Positions 26,219-38,143 of a stretch of 64,000 nt of DNA are shown here, one piece after another. The stretch comes from Candidatus Nitricoxidireducens bremensis (GTDB lineage: Bacteria > Pseudomonadota > Gammaproteobacteria > Burkholderiales > Rhodocyclaceae): positions 161,233 to 225,232 of the forward strand of contig JAOTRT010000005.1 of NCBI GenBank assembly GCA_030247725.1, in the 5' to 3' direction. The notes under the pieces are model-generated. The model was given only the letters and a program-made list of their open reading frames with translations. It was not told the DNA's origin and ran no database searches. Every line of letters begins with the position of its first letter. The stretch's first letter is position 1. Position numbers and translations under genes: made by a program.

Positions 26219-26976
26219 TAGAGTCGGACCTCGATGCCGCGACCCTTCATGTATTCCTTGGCCTGGCGCACGGTGTATTCGCCGTAGTGGAAGATGCTGG
26301 CGGCGAGCACCGCATCCGCCTTGCCCTCGGTGACGCCGTCGGCCAGGTGCTGCAGGTTGCCGACACCGCCGCTGGCGATGACGGGGATCGATACCGCCTC
26401 GGAAACCGCCCGCGTCAGGGCCAGGTCGAAACCATTCTTGGTACCGTCCCGGTCCATGCTGGTGAGCAGAATTTCGCCGGCGCCCAGTGCGGCCACCTTG
26501 CGGGCCCACTCGATGGCGTCGAGACCCACGTTCTTGCGTCCGCCGTGGGTGAACACCTCCCACTTGCCGGGGGAGGTCTGCTTGGCGTCGATGGCGACGA
26601 CGATGCATTGCGAGCCGACCTTGCCGGAGGCCTCGGCCACCAGGTCCGGGTTGTTCACCGCCGCCGTGTTCATGCTGACCTTGTCGGCGCCGGCGTTGAG
26701 CAGGCGGCGCACGTCCTCCACCTTGCGCACGCCGCCGCCGACGGTGAGGGGGATGAAGACCTGTTCGGCGCAGGCGGAAACGATGTCGAGGATGATGTCC
26801 CGGTCGTCGGAGCTGGCGGTGATGTCGAGGAAGGTGATCTCGTCGGCGCCCTGCTCGTCGTAGCGGCGGGCGATTTCCACCGGGTCGCCGGCATCGCGCA
26901 GGGAGACGAAGTTCACGCCCTTGACGACGCGGCCGGCGCTCACGTCCAGGCAGGGGATGATGCGCTTGGCGAGCAT
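26218..26976 (-). CDS. hisF: imidazole glycerol phosphate synthase cyclase subunit
   Basis: [20 protein letters not shown] and ASGGVG within track ORF 26218..27192. ATG at 26976. Confidence 0.95.
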   Translation of the reverse strand: MLAKRIIPCLDVSAGRVVKGVNFVSLRDAGDPVEIARRYDEQGADEITFLDITASSDDRDIILDIVSACAEQVFIPLTVGGGVRKVEDVRRLLNAGADKVSMNTAAVNNPDLVAEASGKVGSQCIVVAIDAKQTSPGKWEVFTHGGRKNVGLDAIEWARKVAALGAGEILLTSMDRDGTKNGFDLALTRAVSEAVSIPVIASGGVGNLQHLADGVTEGKADAVLAASIFHYGEYTVRQAKEYMKGRGIEVRL

Positions 26977-26986
26977 AGGTTGCCTG

Positions 26987-27730
26987 TCAGCGGCCGGAGA
27001 GCTTGTCGGCTTCGGCCTGGGCCTTCTGGAAGTCGAGTTTGCCTTCGTAGATGGCGCGACCGGTGATGGCGCCCATGATGCCTTCGTCCTGCACCGCGCA
27101 GAGGTCCTTGACGTCCTTGATGCTGGCGATGCCGCCGCTGGCGATGACGGGGATGCGCAGGGCCTGGGCCAGCTTGACGGTGGCGTCCACATTGACGCCG
27201 CTCATCATGCCGTCGCGGCCGATGTCGGTGTAGATGATGGCTTCGACGCCGTAGTCCTCGAACTTCTTGGCCAGGTCGATGACGTCGTGGCCGGTCATCT
27301 TCGACCAGCCGTCCACGGCGACCTTGCCCTCCTTGGCGTCGAGGCCGACGATGATGTGGCCGGGGAAGGCGCCGCAGGCGTCGTGGAGGAAGCCGGGGTT
27401 CTTCACCGCCGCCGTGCCGATGATGACGTAGCTGATGCCGTCGTCGAGGCAGCGCTCGATGGTGTCGAGGTCGCGGATGCCGCCGCCCAGCTGGACGGGG
27501 ATCTCGTCGCCGACTTCCTTGAGGATGGCCTTGATGGCGGGTTCGTTCTTCGGCTTGCCGGCGAAGGCGCCGTTGAGGTCCACCAGATGCAGGCGGCGTG
27601 CGCCCTGGGCGATCCAGTGGCGGGCCATGGCGGCCGGTTCTTCGGAGAACACGGTGGCATCGTCCATGGCGCCCTGTTTCAGGCGCACGCAATGCCCATC
27701 CTTGAGGTCGATTGCAGGAATCAGCAGCAT
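26987..27730 (-). CDS. hisA: ProFAR isomerase
   Basis: [24 protein letters not shown] and IASGGI. Confidence 0.95.
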   Translation of the reverse strand: MLLIPAIDLKDGHCVRLKQGAMDDATVFSEEPAAMARHWIAQGARRLHLVDLNGAFAGKPKNEPAIKAILKEVGDEIPVQLGGGIRDLDTIERCLDDGISYVIIGTAAVKNPGFLHDACGAFPGHIIVGLDAKEGKVAVDGWSKMTGHDVIDLAKKFEDYGVEAIIYTDIGRDGMMSGVNVDATVKLAQALRIPVIASGGIASIKDVKDLCAVQDEGIMGAITGRAIYEGKLDFQKAQAEADKLSGR

Positions 27731-27775
27731 AGGAAGAGGATGTCGAGAGTCAGCCGAAGGCCGGGGAATCTTGGG

Positions 27776-28405
27776 TCAGGAAGGTTTCCATTCCATGAAG
27801 TTCGCCAGCAGGCGCAAGCCTGCCTGGGCGCTCTTCTCGGGGTGGAATTGAACGGCGAAGATGTTAGCGCGGGCCACCGCACTGGTAAAGGGCATGCCAT
27901 AGACCGTGGAGCCGGCGATGGCCTCGGGGCTCGCGGGCTCCACATAGTAGCTGTGCACGAAGTAGAAACGGGTGCCGTCGGCGATGCCGTTCCAGAGCGG
28001 ATGGGGCATCGCCTGGGCGACTTCGTTCCAGCCCATGTGGGGCACCTTGAGGCCTTGGGCGGCCACCTCGGGCGGGAAGCGCCGCACGCGGCCGGGCAGC
28101 ACGCCGAGGCCGGGCACGTCGCCCTCCTCGCTGTGTTCGAAGAGCATCTGCAGGCCGATGCAGATGCCGAGGAAAGGCTTTTCCGCCGCGGCGGCGATCA
28201 CCGCCGGCCGCAGGCCGCGGGCGTCGAGTTCGGCCATGCAGTCGGGCATGGCGCCCTGACCGGGCACGACGACGCGGTCCGCCCGCGCGACTTCGGCGGG
28301 ATCGGCGGTGACGAGGATGCGGGCGGCGGGGGCGACGTGCTCGATGGCTTTCGCCACGGAGCGCAGGTTGCCCATGCCATAGTCGACGACGGCGACGGTG
28401 GTCAT
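27776..28405 (-). CDS. hisH: imidazole glycerol phosphate synthase glutaminase subunit
   Basis: VAVVDYGMGNLRSV, GICIGLQML and QFHPEKS. ATG at 28405. Confidence 0.95.
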   Translation of the reverse strand: MTTVAVVDYGMGNLRSVAKAIEHVAPAARILVTADPAEVARADRVVVPGQGAMPDCMAELDARGLRPAVIAAAAEKPFLGICIGLQMLFEHSEEGDVPGLGVLPGRVRRFPPEVAAQGLKVPHMGWNEVAQAMPHPLWNGIADGTRFYFVHSYYVEPASPEAIAGSTVYGMPFTSAVARANIFAVQFHPEKSAQAGLRLLANFMEWKPS

Positions 28406-28412
28406 GACGGGC

Positions 28413-28997
28413 CTACAGGGTTCCCTTCGTGGATGGCACGCCGCTGGCGCGCGGATCGGTCTCCAGCGCCATGCGCAGGGCGCGGGCGAAGGCCTTGAAC
28501 ACCGTCTCCGCCTGGTGGTGGCTGTTGTCGCCGCGCAGGCCGTCGATGTGCACCGTGATGGCGGCGTGATTGACGAGGCCCTGGAAGAACTCGCGCACCA
28601 GGTCCACGTCGAACTCGCCGACGGTGGCGCGGGTGAAGGGCACTTCGAACACCAGACCGGGACGGCCGGAGAGATCCACCACCACACGCGACAGGGCTTC
28701 GTCGAGGGGCACGTAGGCATGGCCGTAGCGGCGCAGACCCTTCTTGTCGCCGAGGGCCTTGGCCAGGGCCTGGCCGAAGGCGATGCCGACGTCCTCGACC
28801 GTGTGGTGCGCATCGATATGGAGGTCGCCCTTCGCCTCGATGTCGAGGTCGATCAGCCCGTGGCGGGCGATCTGGTCGAGCATGTGGTCGAAGAAGCCGA
28901 CGCCCGTGGCAAGCGAGGACTTGCCGGAACCGTCGAGATCGAGCCGGACGCGGATCTGCGTCTCCAGCGTGTCGCGTTGTACTTCGGCGCTGCGCAT
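28413..28997 (-). CDS. hisB: imidazoleglycerol-phosphate dehydratase
   Basis: [23 protein letters not shown] and NSHHQAE. The start may instead be the upstream ATG at 29030. Confidence 0.9.
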   Translation of the reverse strand: MRSAEVQRDTLETQIRVRLDLDGSGKSSLATGVGFFDHMLDQIARHGLIDLDIEAKGDLHIDAHHTVEDVGIAFGQALAKALGDKKGLRRYGHAYVPLDEALSRVVVDLSGRPGLVFEVPFTRATVGEFDVDLVREFFQGLVNHAAITVHIDGLRGDNSHHQAETVFKAFARALRMALETDPRASGVPSTKGTL

Positions 28998-29125
28998 CGT
29001 TGTGGAGCGGCTGGTGGATGGAGCGGCCATGATACCATTTTGGCCTCGGCATAACGCCCGCCGCGCTGGCGTTGGCCCACCGCGAAAGCCCACCTGTTCC
29101 GCATCCTCACCCGCCAGGCATGCCC

Positions 29126-30184
29126 ATGAGCCGATACTGGAGCGCCGTCGTCCACGGCCTTACCCCCTATGTCCCCGGCGAGCAGCCCAAGCTCGCGAAT
29201 CTCGTCAAGCTCAACACCAACGAGAACCCCTACGGTCCTTCGCCACGGGCCCTGGAGGCCATGCGCGCCGAAGTGGGCGACGGCCTGCGGCTCTACCCCG
29301 ACCCCAATGCCGACCGCCTCAAGGAAGCCGTCGCGAAACGCTGCGGCGTGACGGCGCAGGAGGTCTTCGTCGGCAACGGCTCCGACGAGGTGCTCGCCCA
29401 CGTCTTCCTGGCCCTGCTCAAGCACGAGCGGCCTATCCTGTTCCCCGACATCAGCTACAGCTTCTACCCGGTGTATTGCGGGCTCTACGGCATCGGCTAC
29501 GAAACCGTGCCCCTCGACGGCGACTTCGCCATCCGTGTGGATGACTACCTGAAGCCCAACGGCGGCATCATCTTCCCGAATCCGAACGCCCCCACGGGCC
29601 GTGCCCTGCCCCGGGCCGAGATCGAGCGCTTGCTGCAGGCCAATCCGGATTCGGTGGTGGTGGTGGACGAGGCCTATGTGGATTTCGGCGCCGAGTCGGC
29701 CGTGCCGCTGATGGCGAAATATCCGAACCTGCTGGTGGTGCAGACCCTCTCCAAGTCCCGCTCCCTGGCCGGCCTGCGCGTCGGCTTTGCCGTCGGCCAC
29801 CGTAGCCTGGTGGAGGCCCTCACCCGCGTCAAGGACAGCTTCAATTCCTATCCCCTCGACCGCTGCGCCATCGCCGGCGCGGCGGCGGCCATCGAGGACG
29901 AGGAACATTTCGAGCGGACCCGCCGGGCCGTCATGGCGAGCCGGGAGAAGCTCGCCGCCGACCTGGCCGGTCTCGGCTTCGATGTGCTGCCCTCCGCCGC
30001 CAACTTCATCTTCGCCCGCCACCCGCAACGGGACGCCGGCGGACTGGCGCAGGCCCTGCGGGAACGCAGCATCATCGTGCGCCATTTCCGCCAGCCCCGC
30101 ATCGAGCAGTTCCTGCGCATCACCATCGGCACCGACGAGCAATGCGCGGCGCTGGTGGCGGCATTGCAGGAAATCCTCGCCTGA
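29126..30184 (+). CDS. hisC: histidinol-phosphate aminotransferase (inverted relative to the rest of the his operon)
   Basis: [12 protein letters not shown] and [16 protein letters not shown] (PLP lysine). The start was chosen at MSRYW, with in-frame ATGs also at 29072 and 29120. Confidence 0.85.
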   Translation: MSRYWSAVVHGLTPYVPGEQPKLANLVKLNTNENPYGPSPRALEAMRAEVGDGLRLYPDPNADRLKEAVAKRCGVTAQEVFVGNGSDEVLAHVFLALLKHERPILFPDISYSFYPVYCGLYGIGYETVPLDGDFAIRVDDYLKPNGGIIFPNPNAPTGRALPRAEIERLLQANPDSVVVVDEAYVDFGAESAVPLMAKYPNLLVVQTLSKSRSLAGLRVGFAVGHRSLVEALTRVKDSFNSYPLDRCAIAGAAAAIEDEEHFERTRRAVMASREKLAADLAGLGFDVLPSAANFIFARHPQRDAGGLAQALRERSIIVRHFRQPRIEQFLRITIGTDEQCAALVAALQEILA

Positions 30185-30190
30185 CCCTGG

Positions 30191-30212
30191 CGCCGGGCCG
30201 GCAGGCCCGGCG
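30191..30212. terminator. 9-bp GC hairpin between convergent hisC and the tusA-like gene
   Basis: CGCCGGGCC-ggca-GGCCCGGCG. There is no clear U tract. Confidence 0.35.
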
Positions 30213-30215
30213 GGG

Positions 30216-30698
30216 CTACCGCTTCCGCAGATAGAACTCCTGCACGCCGCTGGCCATTTCCAGGGCGAGCAGGAATTCCACGTCGGTCATCCGGCTCCAG
30301 GAATAGACCTCGTCGATGGCGGCCGTGCAGTCGGTGGTGAGCAACAGCACCTCCCCGCCCTTCATTCCCTGCAGCAGCTTCTTGGCCCCCAGAACCGGCC
30401 CGGGGCAGGAGACGCCGCGCATGTCCAGGGTGACGTGGGGAATCGGCGTCGTACGTTCCGCGCCGGCCTTGCAGAGCAGGTAGGCCGTCTTGCCGCCGGC
30501 GCGCTGGGTTGCCGACATCAGCACATTGCCCGTGAACTGGCACCAGGCCGACAGGTCGTCATGGATACCGGAACAATCGGAAACCAGGCGCAGGGTCTGG
30601 CCCGGCAGCAGGTCGTCGAGAACCCGCTTGGCGCCGAGCAGGGGTGCCGGGCAAGGCAGCCCGGAAAGGTCGATGGTGACGGACGCGGCTTTTGCCAT
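30216..30698 (-). CDS. tandem TusA/SirA-like sulfurtransferase domain protein
   Basis: The ATG at 30698 is preceded by AAGGAGGA. Two repeats each carry a CPxP active-site motif (DLSGLPCPAPLL and DMRGVSCPGPVL). Confidence 0.75.
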   Translation of the reverse strand: MAKAASVTIDLSGLPCPAPLLGAKRVLDDLLPGQTLRLVSDCSGIHDDLSAWCQFTGNVLMSATQRAGGKTAYLLCKAGAERTTPIPHVTLDMRGVSCPGPVLGAKKLLQGMKGGEVLLLTTDCTAAIDEVYSWSRMTDVEFLLALEMASGVQEFYLRKR

Positions 30699-30857
30699 GA
30701 CATCCTCCTTGGTGGGCTGGCCTATCGGCTCTGCTACATGCATCGGCAATCGCCCTTCCTTTGTATGCCATCCGGCAGGCGGAGGACAACCATGAGATGG
30801 ACATGGCCATTGCCGCACGGGAAACCTTCCGGCGCATGGGCGGCTTGCGCGGGGGGC

Positions 30858-31973
30858 TCAGCCGCCTTCCGCTGCCTTCTTGCGGGGACGGCGGCTGGCG
30901 GGCTTGCGTGCCGCCTTGGGCGTCGCTTCCTCGGCGGCTGCGGGCTCCGCCGCCGCCGGCGGCGCGTCGGAGGCCGGGGCCTCGGCGGTCGCCGCCTTTC
31001 GCTCGGGCGCCTTGCGCGTGCTGCGTCCCCGCCGGCGCGGTGCGCCCTCGCTGTCGGTCTTCACTCCCTCGGCGGGTACCGCATCGGCCGCGACGGCCGG
31101 GGTGACGGCCGGCGGCTCGACCGCGGCCGGTACCGGCATGGACACGGGCCGACTGGTACCGCGATAGACGTAGGTTCCCGACTTCTCGTCGCGCCCGAAT
31201 TCCAGCAGACCCCGGGCTTGGGCTTCCTCCAGCAGGTTGCCGAAGGCGCGGAAGCCGTAATAGGACTCGCTGAAGTCCGGCTTGCGACGCTTGATGGCCT
31301 CCTTCAGCACGGAAGCCCAGATCTTGCCGCTGTCGCCCCGCTCCGATACAAGGGCGTCGAAGGTTTCCACCGCCATTTCGATGGCCTGGGCGCGGCGCCC
31401 GTCCATTTCTTCCCGGCGCCGTTTTTCCTCCTCGGGGGAGCGGCGCGGACCCGACGGGGCGCCCCGCGTGTCGCGGCGGGCGGCAGCCCGCTGGCTTTCG
31501 CGCACCAGATCGTCGTAGAAGATGAACTCGTCGCAGTTGGCGATCAGCAGGTCGGAGGTGGATTGCTTGACGCCGACGCCGATGACCTGCTTGGCGTTCT
31601 CCCGCAGCTTGGAGACGAGGGGCGAGAAGTCCGAGTCGCCGCTGATGATGACGAAGGTGTTGACGTGGGACTTGGTGTAGCAAAGGTCGAGGGCGTCCAC
31701 CACGAGACGGATGTCCGCCGAGTTCTTGCCCGACTGGCGCACATGGGGAATCTCGATCAGCTCGAAGTTGGCCTCGTGCATGCCGGCCTTGAAGCTCTTG
31801 TAGCGGTCCCAGTCGCAGTAGGCCTTCTTGACGACGATGCTGCCCTTGAGCAGCAGCCGTTCCAGCACCGGCTTGATGTCGAACTTCTCGTACTTCGCGT
31901 CGCGCACGCCGAGAGCGACGTTCTCGAAGTCGCAGAACAGGGCCATGCTGATGTCTTCATGGGATGAGGCCAT
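30858..31973 (-). CDS. NYN (LabA-like) domain protein with OST-HTH/LOTUS domain and basic Ala/Pro-rich tail
   Basis: 371-aa ORF. LFCDFENV, KNSADIRLVVDA and IISGDSDFSPLV give the NYN nuclease fold. A central FDALV...GKIWASVLKEAIKRRKPDFSESYYGFRAFGNLLEEA segment is LOTUS-like. Confidence 0.75.
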   Translation of the reverse strand: MASSHEDISMALFCDFENVALGVRDAKYEKFDIKPVLERLLLKGSIVVKKAYCDWDRYKSFKAGMHEANFELIEIPHVRQSGKNSADIRLVVDALDLCYTKSHVNTFVIISGDSDFSPLVSKLRENAKQVIGVGVKQSTSDLLIANCDEFIFYDDLVRESQRAAARRDTRGAPSGPRRSPEEEKRRREEMDGRRAQAIEMAVETFDALVSERGDSGKIWASVLKEAIKRRKPDFSESYYGFRAFGNLLEEAQARGLLEFGRDEKSGTYVYRGTSRPVSMPVPAAVEPPAVTPAVAADAVPAEGVKTDSEGAPRRRGRSTRKAPERKAATAEAPASDAPPAAAEPAAAEEATPKAARKPASRRPRKKAAEGG

Positions 31974-32054
31974 AGGATCGCTGCCTTGGTGGAGAGTGGG
32001 TTGGAACCGCCGACGGCGGCTTGGGCGCCATGATACCGGCGCCGCCGGCCGGCA

Positions 32055-32702
32055 TTATTTCTTCGGGGCCTTGCGCGCCTCGATCCAGTGCTTGATCTGG
32101 TCGCGAACCGCCTTGTGGCCGTTCAGGGAAGCCAGGGCGGCCGGGGTGTGGCCTTCATTGTCCTTGATCTGGGGACTGGCACCGTTGCCCAGCAGGAATT
32201 CGACCATCAACGGCTGGTTGGTGGCGGCAGCCAGGTGCAGGGGCGTACGGCCGCCGACGACGCGATCATTGACATCGGCACCCTTGGCGACGAGGGCAGC
32301 CACGGCCTCCCGGCTGCCGGCCGCGACGGCCGCATGGAGGGGGGCGAATCCGCTGAAGTCCTTGGCATTGACGTCGGCACCCCGCTCGGCGAGCAGGCGT
32401 ACCGTGCCGACCCGGTTGTAGAAGGCGGCGCCGAACAGGGGGGTGCGTTTGAGCTTGTCGACGGCATTGAGGTCGGCACCTTCTTCGATGGCTTCCTCCA
32501 CCGCATCGGTGTCGCCCTTGCCGGCCGCCTCGAACAGCTTGGCGTCGAGGGCGGATATCTCGCCCAGGGGACGGACGAAGGCCCCCTCCGTGGCGGGATT
32601 GGCCGGTGGCTCTCCTTCGTCGCCCTTGCCGCAGCCGGCCAACACCAGCACGGCGGCCGTCAACAGGCCGGCGAGGATGGCGGAGGAGCGCGACATGGCC
32701 AT
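32055..32702 (-). CDS. ankyrin-repeat lipoprotein
   Basis: Lipobox LVLAGCG. At least four ankyrin repeats (TPLFGAA..., APLHAAVAAG, TPLHLAAATN, GADVN x3). Confidence 0.8.
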   Translation of the reverse strand: MAMSRSSAILAGLLTAAVLVLAGCGKGDEGEPPANPATEGAFVRPLGEISALDAKLFEAAGKGDTDAVEEAIEEGADLNAVDKLKRTPLFGAAFYNRVGTVRLLAERGADVNAKDFSGFAPLHAAVAAGSREAVAALVAKGADVNDRVVGGRTPLHLAAATNQPLMVEFLLGNGASPQIKDNEGHTPAALASLNGHKAVRDQIKHWIEARKAPKK

Positions 32703-32716
32703 CCGGGCCCTCGCCG

Positions 32717-34024
32717 TCAGCCCTTGAGGCGCAGTTCCGCCGCCCGGGCGTGGGCCGTAAGGCCTTCGCCGTGGGCGAGGGTGGAGGCGACGGGGCCGAG
32801 GGTCTGGGCGCCGGCTTGCGACACCTCGATCAGGCTGGAGCGCTTCTGGAAATCGTAGACGCCCAGGGGCGAGGAGAAACGGGCGCTACGGGACGTGGGC
32901 AACACGTGGTTCGGGCCGGCGCAATAGTCGCCCAGGGACTCGGAGGTGTAATGGCCGATGAAGATGGCGCCGGCGTGGCGGATCTTGTCCACCAGCTTGC
33001 GCGGCTCGGCCACGGAAAGCTCCAGGTGCTCGGGGGCGATGCGGTTGGCGATGACGCAGGCTTCGTCCAGGTCTGTCACCTGAATCAGGGCGCCGCGGCC
33101 GGTGAGGGACGCATGGATCGTCTCCTTGCGCGGCATGGTGGGCAGCAGCCGGTCGATGGCTTCCTGCACGCGTTCGATGAAGGCGGCGCCCGGACAGAGC
33201 AGGATGGACTGGGCCAGTTCGTCGTGCTCGGCCTGGGCGAAGAGGTCGATGGCGACCCAGTCGGGGTTGCCGGAACCGTCGGAGATCACCAGCACTTCGG
33301 AGGGGCCGGCCACCATGTCGATGCCGACGGTGCCGAAGACGCGGCGCTTGGCGGAAGCCACGTAGGCGTTGCCGGGGCCGACGATCTTGTCCACCTGGGG
33401 AATGGTCTGGGTGCCGTAGGCCAGGGCCGCCACGGCCTGGGCGCCGCCGAGGGTAAACACCCGGTCCACGCCGGCCAGATGGGCGGCGGCCAGCACCAGG
33501 GCGTTCTTCTCGCCCCGCGGCGTGGGCACCACCATGATGAGTTCCTTGACGCCGGCGACCTTGGCCGGCATGGCGTTCATCAGCACCGAGGACGGATAGG
33601 CGGCCTTGCCGCCGGGGACATAGAGGCCGACGCGGTCCAGGGGCGTGACCTTCTGGCCCAGGCGCGTACCATCGGCCTCCGTGTATTCCCAGGACTCCAC
33701 CTTCTGGCGCTCGTGGTAGCTCTTCACGCGGGACGCTGCGGCCTCCAGGGCGGCCTTCTGGTCGGCCGGCAGGCCGTCGAAAGCGGCCTTGAGCTCGGCG
33801 GGAGGCAGTTCCAGCTGGGCCATGGTGGTGGCTTCCAGCTTGTCGAAGCGGCGCGTGTAGTCGAGAACGGCGGCGTCGCCCAGGGTGCGCACGTTGGCAA
33901 GCACCTCGGCGACGGTCTTCTCGATGGATTCGTCGGTGGAACTGTCGAAATGCAGCAGCGCATCGAGCTTCGAGAGGAACTCGGGCTCGCGGGTGCTCAG
34001 GCGCTTGATGGCGACGCGGCTCAT
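32717..34024 (-). CDS. hisD: histidinol dehydrogenase
   Basis: 435-aa [24 protein letters not shown] and [13 protein letters not shown]. Confidence 0.95.
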   Translation of the reverse strand: MSRVAIKRLSTREPEFLSKLDALLHFDSSTDESIEKTVAEVLANVRTLGDAAVLDYTRRFDKLEATTMAQLELPPAELKAAFDGLPADQKAALEAAASRVKSYHERQKVESWEYTEADGTRLGQKVTPLDRVGLYVPGGKAAYPSSVLMNAMPAKVAGVKELIMVVPTPRGEKNALVLAAAHLAGVDRVFTLGGAQAVAALAYGTQTIPQVDKIVGPGNAYVASAKRRVFGTVGIDMVAGPSEVLVISDGSGNPDWVAIDLFAQAEHDELAQSILLCPGAAFIERVQEAIDRLLPTMPRKETIHASLTGRGALIQVTDLDEACVIANRIAPEHLELSVAEPRKLVDKIRHAGAIFIGHYTSESLGDYCAGPNHVLPTSRSARFSSPLGVYDFQKRSSLIEVSQAGAQTLGPVASTLAHGEGLTAHARAAELRLKG

Positions 34025-34662
34025 TTCACCGCTCCGGCGATGGCGTCGATGACGGGCTGGATCAGCTCGCGCTTGGTCTTGAGGGAAGCCTGGTTCACGA
34101 CCAGCCGCGAGGAGATGGGCATGATGTCCTCCACCTCGACCAGATTATTGGCCTTGAGGGTGCCGCCGCTGGACACCAGGTCCACGATGGCCTCGGCCAG
34201 GCCGGCCAGGGGCGCCAGTTCCATGGAGCCGTAGAGTTTGATGAGGTCCACATGGACGCCCTTGGCGGCGAAGTGCTCGCGGGCCGTATTGATGTACTTG
34301 GTAGCGACGCGCAGGCGGGCGCCGCGCTGCACGGCGGCGGCGTAGTCGAAGCCGGCGGGCACCGCAACGGACATGCGGCACTTGGCGATTTTCAGGTCGA
34401 GGGGCTGATAGAGGCCGGCGCCGCCGTGTTCCAGCAGCACATCCTTGCCGGCGATGCCGAGATCGGCGGCGCCGTACTGGACGTAGGTCGGCACATCGGA
34501 GGCGCGCACGATGACGACGCGCACATCCTCCCGGTTGGTACCGATGATGAGCTTGCGCGAGGACTCGGGGTTCTCGCTGGGCACGATGCCGGCCGCCGCC
34601 AGCAGGGGCAGGGTCTCTTCGAAGATGCGGCCCTTGGAGAGGGCGATGGTGATTCCGTTCAT
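34021..34662 (-). CDS. hisG: ATP phosphoribosyltransferase (short form)
   Basis: [16 protein letters not shown] and [12 protein letters not shown]. Confidence 0.95.
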   Translation of the reverse strand: MNGITIALSKGRIFEETLPLLAAAGIVPSENPESSRKLIIGTNREDVRVVIVRASDVPTYVQYGAADLGIAGKDVLLEHGGAGLYQPLDLKIAKCRMSVAVPAGFDYAAAVQRGARLRVATKYINTAREHFAAKGVHVDLIKLYGSMELAPLAGLAEAIVDLVSSGGTLKANNLVEVEDIMPISSRLVVNQASLKTKRELIQPVIDAIAGAVK

Positions 34663-34685
34663 GCCGGGATTATCTCACGCCTGCC

Positions 34686-36174
<1,489 letters not shown>

Positions 36175-36177
36175 GGT

Positions 36178-36930
36178 TCAGGTCCTCAGTTTGTAGCCGC
36201 GCTTCAGCAGGGCCAGCGTGAAGGCCGCCAGCATGCAGAAGCAGGCGCCGACCACCGCGACACTGGTCCAGGGCGACACGTCGGAGACGCCGAAGAAGCC
36301 GTAGCGGAAGCCGTCGATCATGTAGAACACGGGGTTGAAGTGGGAGACCTGCTGCCAGACGGGCGGCAGGGAATGGATGGAGTAGAACACGCCCGAAAGA
36401 AACGTCAGGGGCATGATGAGGAAGTTCTGGAAGGCCGCCAGCTGGTCGAATTTGTCGGCCCAGATACCGGCGATCACGCCCAGTGTCCCGAGGATGCCGC
36501 CGCCGAGCAGGGCAAAGACGAGTATCCAGAGGGGAGCCTCGAAGCGCAGGACGGCGAACCAGAAGGTGACGAACAGTACACCGGCGCCGACCACGAGGCC
36601 ACGCGCCGCGGCGGCCAGCACATAGGCGGCCCAAAAGGCCCGATAGGAGATGGGCGGCAGCAGCACGAAGACGATGCTGCCCGTGACCTTGGACTGGATC
36701 AGGGAGGACGACGAATTGGCGAAGGCGTTCTGCAGGATGGACATCATCACCAGGCCCGGTACCAGGAACGCAGTGTAGGGCACGTCGTGCACCTTCACAT
36801 GTTCCTCCAGCACATGGGAGAAGATCAGCAGGTAGAGCATGGCCGTGACGACAGGTGCCGCGACCGTCTGGAAACCCACCTTCCAGAAACGCAGCACCTC
36901 CTTCCACAGCAGGGTCAGGAAGCTGGTCAT
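36178..36930 (-). CDS. ABC-2 type transporter permease
   Basis: The ATG at 36930 overlaps the ATPase stop (ATGA). 250 aa with six TM helices, and FNPVFYMIDGFRYGF. Confidence 0.85.
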   Translation of the reverse strand: MTSFLTLLWKEVLRFWKVGFQTVAAPVVTAMLYLLIFSHVLEEHVKVHDVPYTAFLVPGLVMMSILQNAFANSSSSLIQSKVTGSIVFVLLPPISYRAFWAAYVLAAAARGLVVGAGVLFVTFWFAVLRFEAPLWILVFALLGGGILGTLGVIAGIWADKFDQLAAFQNFLIMPLTFLSGVFYSIHSLPPVWQQVSHFNPVFYMIDGFRYGFFGVSDVSPWTSVAVVGACFCMLAAFTLALLKRGYKLRT

Positions 36931-37868
36931 GCCGGCTGCCCCTGCATCACATGCACGAAGACGTCTTCCAGGTCGGGCTTGCCGATTTCCATGTCCTCGA
37001 CGGTGCAACCGGCCGCCGTCAGTGCCGCCAGAATGGGTGCGATCTCGTCGTAGCGTTCGAAGGCGAAATCCCAGGCGCCGCCGTGTTCCTGGCCTCGCTG
37101 GCGCAGGGCCGGCGGCATCTCGGCCCCGGTCGCCAGGCGCAGGCGCAGACTGTGGGCGGTGAAGCGCTTCAGCAGGTTGGGCGTGGTATCCAGGGCGACG
37201 ATGCGGCCCTGCTTGAGCATGGCGATACGCCCGCAGAGGCTCTCCGCCTCTTCGAGGTAATGGGTGGTGAGGACGATGGTATGTCCCTCGGCATTGAGCC
37301 GGCGGATGAAGCGCCACAGGGTCTGGCGCAGTCCCACGTCCACGCCGGCGGTGGGCTCGTCGAGGACGATCACCGGCGGCCGGTGCACCAGGGCCTGGGC
37401 CACCAGGACGCGCCGCTTCATGCCGCCCGAGAGCGTGCGCATGTTGGCACCCGCCTTGGCCGTCAGATCCAGGTTGTGGAGGATTTCGTCGATCCAGTCG
37501 TCGTTGCCGCGGATGCCGAAGTAGCCCGACTGGATGCGCAGGGTCTCGCGCACACTGAAAAAAGGGTCGAACACCAGTTCCTGGGGGACGACACCGAGCT
37601 GGCGACGCGCGGCCCGGTAGTCGGCCTGGACGTCCAGGCCCATGACTTCGAGCTTACCGGCATCCGGCCGCGCGAGGCCGGCCAGGGCCGAGATGAGGGT
37701 GGTCTTGCCGGCGCCGTTCGGGCCGAGGAGGCCGAAGAACTCGCCCGCCGCAACCTCCAGGTCCACGCCGTCGAGAGCGCGCACGCTGCCGAAAGACTTG
37801 GCAACGCCGGACACGCGGATGGCGGGATTATTCAAGGCAGGGCCGGCGCCGGAAGGCGCCGGATTCAA
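36927..37868 (-). CDS. ABC transporter ATP-binding protein
   Basis: Walker A GPNGAGKTT, signature LSGGMKRR and Walker B VIVLDEPTAG. Confidence 0.9.
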   Translation of the reverse strand: MNPAPSGAGPALNNPAIRVSGVAKSFGSVRALDGVDLEVAAGEFFGLLGPNGAGKTTLISALAGLARPDAGKLEVMGLDVQADYRAARRQLGVVPQELVFDPFFSVRETLRIQSGYFGIRGNDDWIDEILHNLDLTAKAGANMRTLSGGMKRRVLVAQALVHRPPVIVLDEPTAGVDVGLRQTLWRFIRRLNAEGHTIVLTTHYLEEAESLCGRIAMLKQGRIVALDTTPNLLKRFTAHSLRLRLATGAEMPPALRQRGQEHGGAWDFAFERYDEIAPILAALTAAGCTVEDMEIGKPDLEDVFVHVMQGQPA

Positions 37869-38143
37869 AGCGGCAGCAGTTCGCTGACACCGTAGACCTC
37901 GGCGAGGCTACGGAGGTTGGCCGGCGGATTGACGATGCGGACGTTGCGCCCCAGACCCTTGGCAGCGCGCTGCCAGCCGAAGACGACGGCGAGGCCCGAG
38001 GAGTCCACGTCCTCGACGCCGGCCAGGTCGAACACGGCATCGGCGCGGGTGATGTGGCCGCTGCCCTCGGCGAGCAGTGCCTTGGCCACCGGCAGCGTCA
38101 TGTGGCCGGTGACCTCGATGCGGTCGCCCAGATCGCGGATCAT
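37865..38143 (-). CDS. mlaB: STAS-domain lipid asymmetry maintenance protein MlaB
   Basis: 92 aa. The ATG at 38143 overlaps the mlaC stop. DLAGVEDVDSSGLAVV is a typical STAS motif. Confidence 0.75.
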   Translation of the reverse strand: MIRDLGDRIEVTGHMTLPVAKALLAEGSGHITRADAVFDLAGVEDVDSSGLAVVFGWQRAAKGLGRNVRIVNPPANLRSLAEVYGVSELLPL

